Source: a virus. From it: 64,000 nt of DNA. The stretch's first letter is position 1; every line of letters starts with the position of its first letter. Location of the stretch: the IMG/VR virus record IMGVR_UViG_3300037808_001516, positions 79,906-143,905 of that record. One strand, 5' to 3'. The translations under genes and the position numbers were made by a program. The notes beneath the pieces are model-generated. The model saw nothing but the letters and a program-made list of their open reading frames with translations, did no database searches and was not told the origin of the DNA. Of this stretch, positions 28,545-38,384 are shown piece by piece.

Positions 28545-30267
28545 TCATTTTGTGGGAATACCAAGTATTCACCTACTGAAAACATATGAAAACAAGAAAT
28601 ATCCAAATATATATGCAGCATTAGAGGAATACATCGACAATTGTTTTGATGCTTTCGAGAGAGTGTATTTTGAGGAGACAAAATTCCTCAAGCCGCCAAC
28701 AATCACTTTCTCTCTAGGTGGAGATAGTATTGTAATAGGAGATAACGCCTCAGGAATGGACCAGGAACAATTAAAGACAGCCTTAAGGCTTGGGGACTCG
28801 GGAACAGATAAGTTTGGACTTCAAGACTCTTTAGGTATGTTTGGTTGCGGCGCCTCATCAGCCGCTTTGACTGTTGGGGAATCTCTTGAATTTCTGACAA
28901 AGACCAAAGAAGGAGATTTGCTTTATGGTGCACTAGATCCAGATTATATTCAAAAGCATGGCAATTGGGCTTACCCCCTTCGACAGGGGTCTGAAGCAGA
29001 AGGGGTCGTGTTTGAGAATATTCTCGGTACCGACACGGAGTCTGGAACGGTAGCATCTGTACGTGGTCTTGCGGAGGCCCCAAAGAATAGGACCAACTTC
29101 TACAGCACCTTGAAGACCAAGATTAGAACTAGATATAGTCATAAATTTATGAACCTAAAACAACAAGGCAGAGAGGTTTCGTTTAAATTCTTAAAGGGTG
29201 ACAGTAGGAACTTTAACGCCACGGAGAACGTTGTCGACGTCCTGTGTGATGAGGATGCGAGTAAAACTAAATTCTTTAAAAATTTCGGTGGTCCAAACTG
29301 TGATGTGTCATGGATAAACGTTTTTGGGTGCCAGGTTGGTGTAAGGGCTTCATTTACTGAAAGTTATGACGCTCACCTCTCAAACAAGCGAGAAAAGGGA
29401 ACTTCTGAAAATTACTGGGGATACGGAATTAATGTAAATCAGAAGCAGGGAATATACTTTTACAGAAATGGAAAATTGTTGGAGACCAGGAGCGGAGACC
29501 CTATTTGGAAGTATCACGGCGCGCTCCGAGGACTGTTGGTCGAGATCCACATAACCGAAGACCTTATTGAAAAAGGACTTGTAAAAATCGCACAAGAGAA
29601 AACTTCAGTTATCTTAAGTGAAGAGCTTAAGAAGGAGATGAAGAGGATCTTTCAACCAATCACGACTAAAGTCCGAGGATTGCGAGAGAGCGAGTCCAGC
29701 CAAAGTGTGCACCTAACGGACGAACAGGAAAAACAAAAGGCTGCAGCTACCGTAGAGGGAATTGGCAGGGCCCTGAAGACCAAGAGGAAAGAAACTAAAG
29801 GATCTGATTCTTCTTCATCATTAAGCGAGGTTATCAAACAAACTTCTAGAAAAAACAAAAGCTATGTTGGATCTGGAGACAAGGTAGAGGTAACAAAGTC
29901 TAACAAAAAGCAGAGTGACTTTGATTACAAGTGGGTCAACCAGACTAGATCAAAGACTACCCCGTTTTGGATTGAGTATACCAACCCGGAGGCATCTGTT
30001 GACAAAATCAACACTTCTAAAACAATTGTCCTCAATCAGGCACACCCAATGATGGGGGAGTTGAAAAACGCGAACCTGACTCACACAGCTATTATTCTAG
30101 CAGTGGCAATTGCTTACGGGATAAACAAGGACAATGATTTCTCTACGGAAGAGTTTGAGGAGACAGCTCATGGCATCGGAGAGATAGCTTTGAAAATCAT
30201 GGACAGCATGAAACCAATAACCAAGACAGAAGAAAAATCATTTAAAGTTTTAGCAAATAATGCTTGA
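28534..30267 (+). CDS. MORC-type GHKL ATPase
   Basis: ALEEYIDNCFDA (N box), DNASGMD (G1), LGMFGCGASSAA (G2), SGT, GIYFYRNGKL, VLNQAHP. Confidence 0.85.
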   Translation: MSNDHFVGIPSIHLLKTYENKKYPNIYAALEEYIDNCFDAFERVYFEETKFLKPPTITFSLGGDSIVIGDNASGMDQEQLKTALRLGDSGTDKFGLQDSLGMFGCGASSAALTVGESLEFLTKTKEGDLLYGALDPDYIQKHGNWAYPLRQGSEAEGVVFENILGTDTESGTVASVRGLAEAPKNRTNFYSTLKTKIRTRYSHKFMNLKQQGREVSFKFLKGDSRNFNATENVVDVLCDEDASKTKFFKNFGGPNCDVSWINVFGCQVGVRASFTESYDAHLSNKREKGTSENYWGYGINVNQKQGIYFYRNGKLLETRSGDPIWKYHGALRGLLVEIHITEDLIEKGLVKIAQEKTSVILSEELKKEMKRIFQPITTKVRGLRESESSQSVHLTDEQEKQKAAATVEGIGRALKTKRKETKGSDSSSSLSEVIKQTSRKNKSYVGSGDKVEVTKSNKKQSDFDYKWVNQTRSKTTPFWIEYTNPEASVDKINTSKTIVLNQAHPMMGELKNANLTHTAIILAVAIAYGINKDNDFSTEEFEETAHGIGEIALKIMDSMKPITKTEEKSFKVLANNA

Positions 30268-30292
30268 CGCAAACAATGAAATCTGATATTAT
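30264..30292 (+). promoter_or_regulatory. Sigma70-type promoter for the SSB/recA operon
   Basis: TTGACG-17 nt-TATTAT with extended -10 TG. Confidence 0.8.
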
Positions 30293-30372
30293 ATAAACAG
30301 TTGGTCAGGATATTTGCTGACCTGCTATAGCCAAACGTGCAAAAAAACAACATACCATAGGAGGTAATAACA

Positions 30373-31131
30373 ATGGCACTTAATTTAGACGCTATGAAAG
30401 CGAAACTCGATAAACTTAACGGAAAGGGAGACGGAAAGAAAAACTTCTGGCGACCAGAGGACGGAGAAAGCAATATCCGTATCGTTTCCACGAAGGACGG
30501 CGACCCGTTCAAGGAAAAGTTCTTCCACTACGGTGTTGGTGGTCAATCTTTTCTCTGCCCAAAGCGCAACTTTGGGGATGACTGCCCAACCTGCAACTTC
30601 GCCAACAAGCTTTGGAATGAAGGCACAGAGGATAGTAAAAAGCAAGCAAAGGAGATGTTTGCAAAGCAACGTTTCTTTTCCCCGGTTCTTGTCCGAGGTG
30701 AAGAAGCAGAAGGCATTCGAGTTTGGGGATACGGCAAGATGGCTTATGAAAAGCTTCTTACAATCGTCCTTGACCCTGACTATGGTGATATCACAGACCC
30801 TGAGAATGGCAACGACCTGAAGTTGATGTACGGCAAGCTGCCTGGTGCTAGTTTCCCTCGCACCGACATTCGACCTCGGCCTCGAAAGACTGTTCTTTGT
30901 GATGATGCTGTCGGTGGAGACGACCGATGCGCAGAGCTTTTGGAGACCATTCCAAACTTTGATGAAATCTTTGAGCGCAAGACAACTGAAGAAGTTCAGT
31001 CTATTATGGACCAGTTCCTTTCAGGAGACACTGGAAATTCAGAGGTAGAAAAGTTCGGTGGCAGTAATACCACTTCTACCACGTCTTCGGACTCGGTGGA
31101 GAATGCATTCAACGATTTGTTGAATCAGTAG
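30373..31131 (+). CDS. Single-stranded DNA-binding protein (T4 gp32-like)
   Basis: FWRP, HYG, CPKRNFGDDCPTC (Zn), DITDPENGNDL, acidic tail ending AFNDLL. Confidence 0.88.
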   Translation: MALNLDAMKAKLDKLNGKGDGKKNFWRPEDGESNIRIVSTKDGDPFKEKFFHYGVGGQSFLCPKRNFGDDCPTCNFANKLWNEGTEDSKKQAKEMFAKQRFFSPVLVRGEEAEGIRVWGYGKMAYEKLLTIVLDPDYGDITDPENGNDLKLMYGKLPGASFPRTDIRPRPRKTVLCDDAVGGDDRCAELLETIPNFDEIFERKTTEEVQSIMDQFLSGDTGNSEVEKFGGSNTTSTTSSDSVENAFNDLLNQ

Positions 31132-31138
31132 GTGAAAC

Positions 31139-32266
31139 ATGGCTAAGGTTTCGAAACTCAAAAAGGGTGCTTTAGATATTGCTTCTATCCGAGGCATTAT
31201 CAACAAGAAAGCCGGTAGAGAAGTTGCTCATTCACTTCAGGATAATAATCCAACAGAAGTGAATGAGTGGATTCCTACTGGTTCACGGTGGCTTGATGCC
31301 ATCATTTGCAAGGGCAGACATGCTGGTATCCCTGTGGGTAAAATCTCAGAGATTGCCGGCCTTCCTGGTACTGGTAAGTCATTCTTGGCTGCCCAGATTG
31401 CCGGGAACGCTCAAAAGATGGGTATTGATGTGGTATACTTTGATTCAGAATCAGCTATTGACCCTTCTTTTATGGAGCGCGCAGGTTGCGACCTAGACAG
31501 GCTTATGTATGTCCAAGCAGCATCTGTTGAGTTTGTCCTGGAGACCATCGAAGAACTGCTAGCCACTGGTAACAAATGGCTTTTTATTTGGGATTCTTTG
31601 GCTCTTACTCCCTCGATTTCTGATATTGATGGCGACTTCAATCCTCAGTCTTCGATGGCGGTAAAGCCTAGAATCCTAGCCAAGGGAATGTCTAAATTAA
31701 CTATCCCTATCGCTGATGCAGATGCAACCTTTCTAGTCCTCAATCAATTGAAGACTAACTTGGGAGCAAGAACACCAGCGCAGGCTATGACTGAACCATA
31801 CACGACCCCAGGTGGAAAGGCTATGATTTATGCTTATTCACTTCGTGTGTGGCTCACAGCAAGAAAAGCCAAAGCTAGTTTCATCGTGGATGACAATGGT
31901 TTCCGCATTGGATCTGAAGTAAAGGTAAAGCTTGAAAAGTCTCGTTTTGGGACACACGGCCGAACCTGCAACTTCAAGATCCTATGGGGAGATGATGCTG
32001 TTGGCGTCCAAGATGAAGAAAGTTGGTTCGATGCAATCCAAATCTCTGAAAGACTTGAACAGTCTGGTGCATGGTTTACGCTAATCCACAATGATGGGTC
32101 TAAGGAAAAGTTCCAGCGCAAACAATGGGTCACCAAACTTGAGAGTGAAAAATTCAGAGAAAGTGTCTTGACTATTATTGAAGAAGATGTTATTATGAAG
32201 TTCAAGAATAGAGAAGGCAACGCAGGCGACTTCTACGAACCGGAAGACATTCCGGCTGAAGATTAG
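31139..32266 (+). CDS. recA: RecA/UvsX recombinase
   Basis: IPTGS..LD, Walker A GLPGTGKS, FDSE, WDS, NQL, TPGGKA. Confidence 0.95.
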   Translation: MAKVSKLKKGALDIASIRGIINKKAGREVAHSLQDNNPTEVNEWIPTGSRWLDAIICKGRHAGIPVGKISEIAGLPGTGKSFLAAQIAGNAQKMGIDVVYFDSESAIDPSFMERAGCDLDRLMYVQAASVEFVLETIEELLATGNKWLFIWDSLALTPSISDIDGDFNPQSSMAVKPRILAKGMSKLTIPIADADATFLVLNQLKTNLGARTPAQAMTEPYTTPGGKAMIYAYSLRVWLTARKAKASFIVDDNGFRIGSEVKVKLEKSRFGTHGRTCNFKILWGDDAVGVQDEESWFDAIQISERLEQSGAWFTLIHNDGSKEKFQRKQWVTKLESEKFRESVLTIIEEDVIMKFKNREGNAGDFYEPEDIPAED

Positions 32267-32275
32267 CCACTACAC

Positions 32276-32302
32276 AGCCCGCCTCTTCTGGCGGGCTTTT
32301 TT
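32276..32302 (+). terminator. Rho-independent terminator
   Basis: AGCCCGCC-TCTTCT-GGCGGGCT followed by a T run. Confidence 0.85.
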
Positions 32303-32303
32303 T

Positions 32304-33278
32304 ATGGAGAAGAAGATGAATAGAGTAATGATTGTAGACGCATATAACCAGTTTATTAGAGGTTATATCGTAGACCCAAGTAAGAACCCCAATGGCGACC
32401 CAATCGGCGGCATACGGACGTTTATCAACATCACAAACAAACTGACTAGAGAAATCAAGCCAGACTTGGTAGTGTTAGTATGGGACGGCAAGGGCGGCTC
32501 GCAAAAGCGTAGAGCAATGAACAAGGCCTACAAGGGAGGCCGCAAGCCACCACGCACTAACTGGGGTCAAGTAGGTATGAGCCCGGAGGAGCTTACGGAC
32601 AATAAGGTGTGGCAACAAATGAGAGTGATTGAATACTTCAACAGTACTCCTATGATTCAGTTTATGGAACCACACGTAGAGGCAGACGACGTTATCTCTT
32701 ACATCAAGAATACATCAATGTTTGAAGACTGGCAAAAGGTCATCGTCTCAGCAGATAAAGATTTTATTCAATTATTGGATGATAAAACAATCCTGCACAG
32801 ACCTATCCAGAAAGAGTATCTAAATAAGAACAGTATAGTGGAGAAATTCAACATCCACCCCACGAACTTTGCTCTTGCAAGGGCTATCGTTGGAGACTCC
32901 TCGGATAACCTACCAGGAGTGCCTAGAGTAGGACTACCGACAGTAGCAAAGAAATTTCCTTTCCTAAAAGAAGAGAAGACGCACTACTTAGATAGCATTC
33001 TGGCTGAATGCAGTAAACCAGAAAATAACCAAAAAGTGTATACAAACATTTTAGAATCAAAGGAGTTAATAGAAAACAATTATGATATTATGCAATTATC
33101 CTCACCAATGTTGTCAATTCAAGCCAAACAAGGGATCGACGATACGTTTGAGCAATATAGCCCCCACTACAATCAAACGGAAATGAGAAAACTGATGATC
33201 CAGGACGGAGTTCTCACCGTAAGCACCCAAGACCTAGACCAGAGATTTAACAATATTATCTCTTCCTTTTCTCGGTAA
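32304..33278 (+). CDS. 5'-3' exonuclease / flap endonuclease (T4 RNase H-like)
   Basis: IVDAYN, WDG, YKGGR, EADDVI, SADKDFIQL, GDSSDNLPGV. Confidence 0.93.
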   Translation: MEKKMNRVMIVDAYNQFIRGYIVDPSKNPNGDPIGGIRTFINITNKLTREIKPDLVVLVWDGKGGSQKRRAMNKAYKGGRKPPRTNWGQVGMSPEELTDNKVWQQMRVIEYFNSTPMIQFMEPHVEADDVISYIKNTSMFEDWQKVIVSADKDFIQLLDDKTILHRPIQKEYLNKNSIVEKFNIHPTNFALARAIVGDSSDNLPGVPRVGLPTVAKKFPFLKEEKTHYLDSILAECSKPENNQKVYTNILESKELIENNYDIMQLSSPMLSIQAKQGIDDTFEQYSPHYNQTEMRKLMIQDGVLTVSTQDLDQRFNNIISSFSR

Positions 33279-33313
33279 AACCTGTTATACTGTATAGATA
33301 ACAAAGGATAAAC

Positions 33314-34690
33314 ATGGAACAAGATACAAGCTTCTCCAAATTTGGTAAGTCTTTTCAGGAAGACCTATGCCACATGATTTTGAACGACCGTCCATTCGCG
33401 GACCAAATGTTCGAAGTCTTAGACATTAACTTTTTGGAACTGAAGCACTTGAGAGTGTTCATCCAGAAGATACAGGACTACAGAAAAAGATACGGTGTAC
33501 ACCCAACCTCTAAGATTATGCTATCGGTCATCCGAACAGGGTTAGACAGCGAGCCAGAGTCGGTCAAGACTAGAATCAGGGACTATTACGCCCGAGTACT
33601 AGCCAATGGTCAGGAACCAGACGCGGTTGAATACATCAAGGACACAGCGCTGGATTTCTGTAAGAAGCAGAAACTAAAGGGTGCTTTGATAAAGTCGGTT
33701 GAACTAATTAAATCGTCTTCCTTCGACGAGGTGTCTAAAGTTATCGACGATGCTCTCAAATTAGGTTCAGACAATACAATGGGTTATGATTATATTGCGG
33801 ACTTCGAGGCGAGATTTCTCAAGAAAGCAAGAGACCCAGTAACAACAGGGTGGGCAGATATTGATGACATTTCTAAGGGAGGTCTTGGTAAAGGGGAGCT
33901 TGGCGTTGTTGTGGCTCCTACTGGTGCAGGCAAATCAATGGTCCTCGTACATCTTGGGGCGCAGGCAGTCAAGGCCGGCAAAAATGTACTACACTACACA
34001 TTGGAACTTGGTGACACTATTGTTGCTGGTCGTTATGACGCTGCTATTACTGGCGTTGAACTGAAAAATCTAGCAGTTTTCAAAGAGAAGATTTATGATG
34101 AGATAAAAGATGTTCAAGGTAGGCTCATCGTCAAGGAATATCCCACCAGAAGCGCTAATATCCAAACAATCAAAAACCACATTGAGAAGCTAAAACGCCG
34201 AGATTTCGTCCCAGACATGATCATCGTGGACTACGGAGACCTAATTCGACCAGAAAATGGCGGAAAAGATGAGAAAAGACACCAACTCGAAACTATTTAC
34301 GAAGAGCTAAGAGGATTGGCTCAAATTTGCGAGTGTCCACTCTGGACAGCATCGCAAACAAACAGGTCCGGACTGAATGCTGAAGTGATTACCATGGAAT
34401 CGATTTCGGAGGCATTCAACAAATGCTTTGTAGCAGATTTTATCTTTACCGTCTCTAGAACGGTGGAGGACAAGAACAATAACACTGGTCGTATCTTCGT
34501 AGCGAAGAATAGGAACGGCCCGGATGGACTCGTGTATCCTTTGTTCATGGATACCAGCAGCGTGACCATCAAAGTCCTGTCTCAGACAGGTGAAACAGTA
34601 AATGATATAATTCAAAAATCTTCGAAGGACAGGTTAGATGCTTTGAAGGAAAAATACCAAGTATTCAAGAAAGAAGGAGGAAAGAAATAA
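33314..34690 (+). CDS. dnaB: Replicative DNA helicase (DnaB/gp41 family)
   Basis: APTGAGKS, YTLEL, IIVDYGD, WTASQTNR, KNRNG. Confidence 0.93.
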   Translation: MEQDTSFSKFGKSFQEDLCHMILNDRPFADQMFEVLDINFLELKHLRVFIQKIQDYRKRYGVHPTSKIMLSVIRTGLDSEPESVKTRIRDYYARVLANGQEPDAVEYIKDTALDFCKKQKLKGALIKSVELIKSSSFDEVSKVIDDALKLGSDNTMGYDYIADFEARFLKKARDPVTTGWADIDDISKGGLGKGELGVVVAPTGAGKSMVLVHLGAQAVKAGKNVLHYTLELGDTIVAGRYDAAITGVELKNLAVFKEKIYDEIKDVQGRLIVKEYPTRSANIQTIKNHIEKLKRRDFVPDMIIVDYGDLIRPENGGKDEKRHQLETIYEELRGLAQICECPLWTASQTNRSGLNAEVITMESISEAFNKCFVADFIFTVSRTVEDKNNNTGRIFVAKNRNGPDGLVYPLFMDTSSVTIKVLSQTGETVNDIIQKSSKDRLDALKEKYQVFKKEGGKK

Positions 34691-36553
34691 ATGGAATTAT
34701 CGAATCAAATATTATCAGAAATAACAGTGCACATGAAGTACGCAAGGTACCTGGAGAGTGAACAGAGAAGAGAGACGTGGGACGAACTAGTAACACGCAA
34801 CATGAACATGCACCTAAAGAAGTTTCCTGAACTGGAACTTCAAATCGTCAAGGCTTACAAAATGGTCTTCGATAGAAAGGTGCTACCTTCAATGAGATCA
34901 ATGCAATTTGGTGGTAAACCAATTGAAGTGGCCCCAAATCGTATCTTTAATTGCGCATTCATGCCTACTGACGACTGGAGATGCTTTGGAGAGGCCATGT
35001 TTCTCCTTCTCGGCGGTACCGGTGTTGGTTATTCTGTACAAAAGCACCACACAGAGAAATTACCAGAGATTACCAAGCCAAACATGAACAGAACGCGTCG
35101 CTTCCTAGTCAATGACTCAATCGAAGGCTGGGCAGACGCGGTAAAAGCTCTTGTACGCTCTTATTTCCAGGGAGGTTCACACCTTCGCTTTGACTTTACA
35201 GACATCCGACCAAAGGGAGCAGCACTAATCACTTCAGGTGGCAAAGCCCCAGGACCACAGCCTCTCAAGGAGTGCCTGGTCAAACTAGAAGGTATTCTCT
35301 CAAACCGTGAAAACGGTGAGAAGCTTTCCACAATCGAAGTACATGACATGATTTGCCACATCGCAGACGCAGTTCTTGCCGGCGGCATTAGGAGAGCAGC
35401 ACTTATTTCCTTATTTTCAGCAGATGACGAGGACATGATCGCAGCCAAAACAGGAAACTGGTGGGAAACCAATCCACAACGAGGTAGAGCCAACAACTCT
35501 GTTGTACTATTACGCCACAAGATTGATAAAGAATACTTTATGAGCCTTTGGGACAGAGTTAAAGCTTCTGGCGCTGGAGAGCCTGGTTTTTATTTTTCAA
35601 ACGATAAAGACTGGGGAACCAACCCTTGTTGTGAGATTGGTTTACGTCCATACCAGTTCTGTAACCTCACGGAAGTAAACGTATCTAACGTAGAGGATCA
35701 AGCAGACCTCAATGAGAGAGTTAGAGCCGCAACTTTTATCGGAACTTTACAAGCCAGCTATACAGATTTTCACTATCTTCGCGACATTTGGCGCAGAACT
35801 ACAGAAAAAGACGCACTTATCGGTGTATCTATGACCGGTATCGCTTCTGGAGCCGTCTTAGAATTAGACATGAAAGAGGCAGCGAAAGGTGTAAAGACAG
35901 AGAACGCAAGAGTGGCGGAGCTTATTGGAATCAAACCAGCAGCACGAACAACTTGTGTAAAACCCGCGGGAACTACAAGCTTGACGCTTGGAACATCTTC
36001 AGGTATCCACGCTTGGCACAATGACTACTATATTCGCAGAATCCGTGTAGGCAAGAACGAGCCTATCTACGCACACCTGTTGAGCAACCATCCAGAGCTA
36101 GTAGAGGATGAATACTTCAGTCCTCACACTACTGCCGTCATCTCTATTCCACAGAAGGCCCCAGAAGGCTCTATCATGAGAACAGAGTCGGCGCTACAGC
36201 TACTCAAGAGAGTAAAACTCGTGACTGACGAGTGGGTAAAGCCAGGTTTTCGCAAGGGACAGAACACTCACAACATATCAGCGACTGTGTCGATAAAAGA
36301 TGCGGAATGGGTTGACGTAGGCGAGTGGATGTGGGATAATAGAGCTAGCTATAACGGCTTATCGGTTCTTCCCTACAACGGTGGAACCTATACGCAGGCT
36401 CCATTCGAAGATTGCTCAAAGGAGACTTACGAAGCTATGATGGCCTCTCTCACTAATATCGACCTCACTCAGGTCTCTGAAGATGAAGACAACACTAACC
36501 TAGCAGGTGAAGTTGCCTGTGCTGGTGGAGCTTGCGAAATAAAATTCGTATAA
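34691..36553 (+). CDS. nrdJ: Class II (adenosylcobalamin) ribonucleotide reductase, monomeric type
   Basis: PSMRS, NCAF, GGIRRAALI, TNPCCEI, CNLTE, CVKPAGT, C-terminal CAGGAC; no beta-subunit gene nearby. Confidence 0.88.
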   Translation: MELSNQILSEITVHMKYARYLESEQRRETWDELVTRNMNMHLKKFPELELQIVKAYKMVFDRKVLPSMRSMQFGGKPIEVAPNRIFNCAFMPTDDWRCFGEAMFLLLGGTGVGYSVQKHHTEKLPEITKPNMNRTRRFLVNDSIEGWADAVKALVRSYFQGGSHLRFDFTDIRPKGAALITSGGKAPGPQPLKECLVKLEGILSNRENGEKLSTIEVHDMICHIADAVLAGGIRRAALISLFSADDEDMIAAKTGNWWETNPQRGRANNSVVLLRHKIDKEYFMSLWDRVKASGAGEPGFYFSNDKDWGTNPCCEIGLRPYQFCNLTEVNVSNVEDQADLNERVRAATFIGTLQASYTDFHYLRDIWRRTTEKDALIGVSMTGIASGAVLELDMKEAAKGVKTENARVAELIGIKPAARTTCVKPAGTTSLTLGTSSGIHAWHNDYYIRRIRVGKNEPIYAHLLSNHPELVEDEYFSPHTTAVISIPQKAPEGSIMRTESALQLLKRVKLVTDEWVKPGFRKGQNTHNISATVSIKDAEWVDVGEWMWDNRASYNGLSVLPYNGGTYTQAPFEDCSKETYEAMMASLTNIDLTQVSEDEDNTNLAGEVACAGGACEIKFV

Positions 36554-36559
36554 AACTAC

Positions 36560-36588
36560 TTGACAAATGTGATAAAATGTCATATTAT
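36560..36588 (+). promoter_or_regulatory. Sigma70-type promoter
   Basis: TTGACA-17 nt-TATTAT. Confidence 0.8.
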
Positions 36589-36619
36589 TATAATACAACT
36601 CAACAACAAAGGAGAATTT

Positions 36620-36886
36620 ATGAGTTCTAACGACAAATTGCTAACCAAAGAGGAGCACCTCTCAAACTATATCAAGACCTTCGTGGCCATTGAAGACGCC
36701 ATGGAACCATTCAAGGAGCAGCGCTCTGACCTTCGAGAATCCTACAACGAAAATGGATGGTTATCAAAGGAAGAGATGAGACTGGCAGTGAAAGCGTACC
36801 GACTTTATAAGTCAGAGACGGATATGGAAATCTTGACTGATTATGTAAACAAGTGTCAGCGTTCTATGGGGAGAATTTTAGCATGA
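36620..36886 (+). CDS. Small helical protein, possibly GapR/T4 DsbA-like DNA-binding
   Basis: ATG after AAGGAG; IED..E..KE...DL...Y..G...KE.R.AV pattern. Confidence 0.5.
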   Translation: MSSNDKLLTKEEHLSNYIKTFVAIEDAMEPFKEQRSDLRESYNENGWLSKEEMRLAVKAYRLYKSETDMEILTDYVNKCQRSMGRILA

Positions 36887-37206
36887 GTGGAGTACCATTC
36901 AGACTCAAGCCGGTGAACAGACATCTTTTGGTGGTACCTCATGTCGCAAAGAATGAGACCACCACAGGAGTTCTGCTCCCTGACGATTTTAAGCCAGATG
37001 AAGACAGGTATATCGAGGCCACTGTTATCGATGTCGCATCTGATTGTAGCCCTCAGTTCAAGTACCTTAGGCTCGGGAACGTTGATAATAAGAAAATTAT
37101 TGTTGATAGGACCATGGTCGAGGAAGTGAAGCTAAAGGAAAAAACCCACTACATGATTTTAGAAAACTACGTAGTGGGAGTATACAGGAGGCCGGATGAG
37201 GGTTGA
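36883..37206 (+). CDS. groES: Co-chaperonin GroES-like protein
   Basis: LKPVNRHLLV, TTTGVLLPD, MILENYVVG. Confidence 0.8.
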   Translation: MSGVPFRLKPVNRHLLVVPHVAKNETTTGVLLPDDFKPDEDRYIEATVIDVASDCSPQFKYLRLGNVDNKKIIVDRTMVEEVKLKEKTHYMILENYVVGVYRRPDEG

Positions 37207-37900
37207 ACTCTTTGACGACAAGATAGGTGCGGTTGAGTACGTTTCACATATGGGTTCAGATCTCTCGGTTGTTAATGCAGCAAGGGTATCTTTCGGATCG
37301 GAAAAAGAAGAAGTAGATGAGAAGGATATCAAACTTATCAACTACCTTATGGACCATAACCACAGTTCTCCTTTTGAGCACTGTGCTATCACGTTTAGGT
37401 TCACAGTACCTCTCTTTATACGTAGCCAGCACCACAGACACAGGACTTGGGCCTATAATGAAATCTCTAGAAGATACACATCAGTAGACATCAACTTCTA
37501 CGAACCTAAAGAGTTTAGGCAGCAGCACAAAAGCAACAGGCAGGCCAGCACTGACGACTTGATAAACCCAATTGTCGAGTACAACAGGTCCGGTCTGCCT
37601 ATCTCAGCCGGAGCCTCAACATTAGTGAAAGCGCACCATCAAGAGTGTATGAAACTATTTGAGCAGATGCTGAAGTCCGGAATTTGTAGAGAGCAAGCAA
37701 GAGGCGTTCTACCTCAAAATTTGTATACGCAGTATTACGGTACAGTAAATCTACACAATCTTCTCAAGTTCGTATCATTACGTTCGCACGCAGGAGCACA
37801 GTGGGAGATTCAGCAAGTTGCCGAGGCCTGCCTAGAGATTGCAGAAGACCTATTCCCACACTCGGTACACTCATTCATCAAAAGTAAGATGGAGAAGTGA
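37196..37900 (+). CDS. thyX: Flavin-dependent thymidylate synthase
   Basis: NAARVS, HSSPFEH, RHRTWAYNEISRRY, EQARGVLP, HAQWEI-like. Confidence 0.96.
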   Translation: MRVELFDDKIGAVEYVSHMGSDLSVVNAARVSFGSEKEEVDEKDIKLINYLMDHNHSSPFEHCAITFRFTVPLFIRSQHHRHRTWAYNEISRRYTSVDINFYEPKEFRQQHKSNRQASTDDLINPIVEYNRSGLPISAGASTLVKAHHQECMKLFEQMLKSGICREQARGVLPQNLYTQYYGTVNLHNLLKFVSLRSHAGAQWEIQQVAEACLEIAEDLFPHSVHSFIKSKMEK

Positions 37901-38379
37901 TGGAATCCGTAATGACCTTGTGCCTCGCTGCCGGATTAGCTTTACAGTTGAACCCTGTCCAGCAAAGAAACGTTTGTCGATACGAAAAAGATATTATCGA
38001 GAACGCAAATAAATATAATCTAGAGCCAGAGTTAGTCGCAGGTCTCATGTTCGTGGAGAGCGCATACTACCCAAATGCTGTTTCGCATGCAGATGCCTGT
38101 GGTTTGATGCAGGTTGTTCCTAAGTGGACAGGTGGGCGCGCCACTGGAGGTAAGAGGTACACATGCGAACAACTGAAGGATCCCAGGACAGCAATAAGTA
38201 CGGGTACCCGCATCCTAAACTGGACCATCAACAGTTTCGCAAAGGGCAATCTCGACCAGGGCCTATGCTTTTACAACGCCGGCTCGATTTGCAAGAAAGA
38301 AGTGTTCTATAAGAACCTTTACTATGTTAAATTAGTTAAAAGAATCAGAGACAAAATCAAGAGAGTATACGAGGAATAG
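37897..38379 (+). CDS. Lytic transglycosylase (SLT family)
   Basis: LMFVES, AVSHADACGLMQV, FYNAG; hydrophobic N-terminus. Confidence 0.88.
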   Translation: MMESVMTLCLAAGLALQLNPVQQRNVCRYEKDIIENANKYNLEPELVAGLMFVESAYYPNAVSHADACGLMQVVPKWTGGRATGGKRYTCEQLKDPRTAISTGTRILNWTINSFAKGNLDQGLCFYNAGSICKKEVFYKNLYYVKLVKRIRDKIKRVYEE

Positions 38380-38384
38380 CCACA

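Noticed and set aside
36560-36619. ORF-track start at TTG 36560 (similarly 13536, 36853, 45604, 47956, 60059, 61585)
   Set aside because: These upstream starts overlap promoters or other genes; the downstream starts mostly have a clear RBS or abut the previous stop
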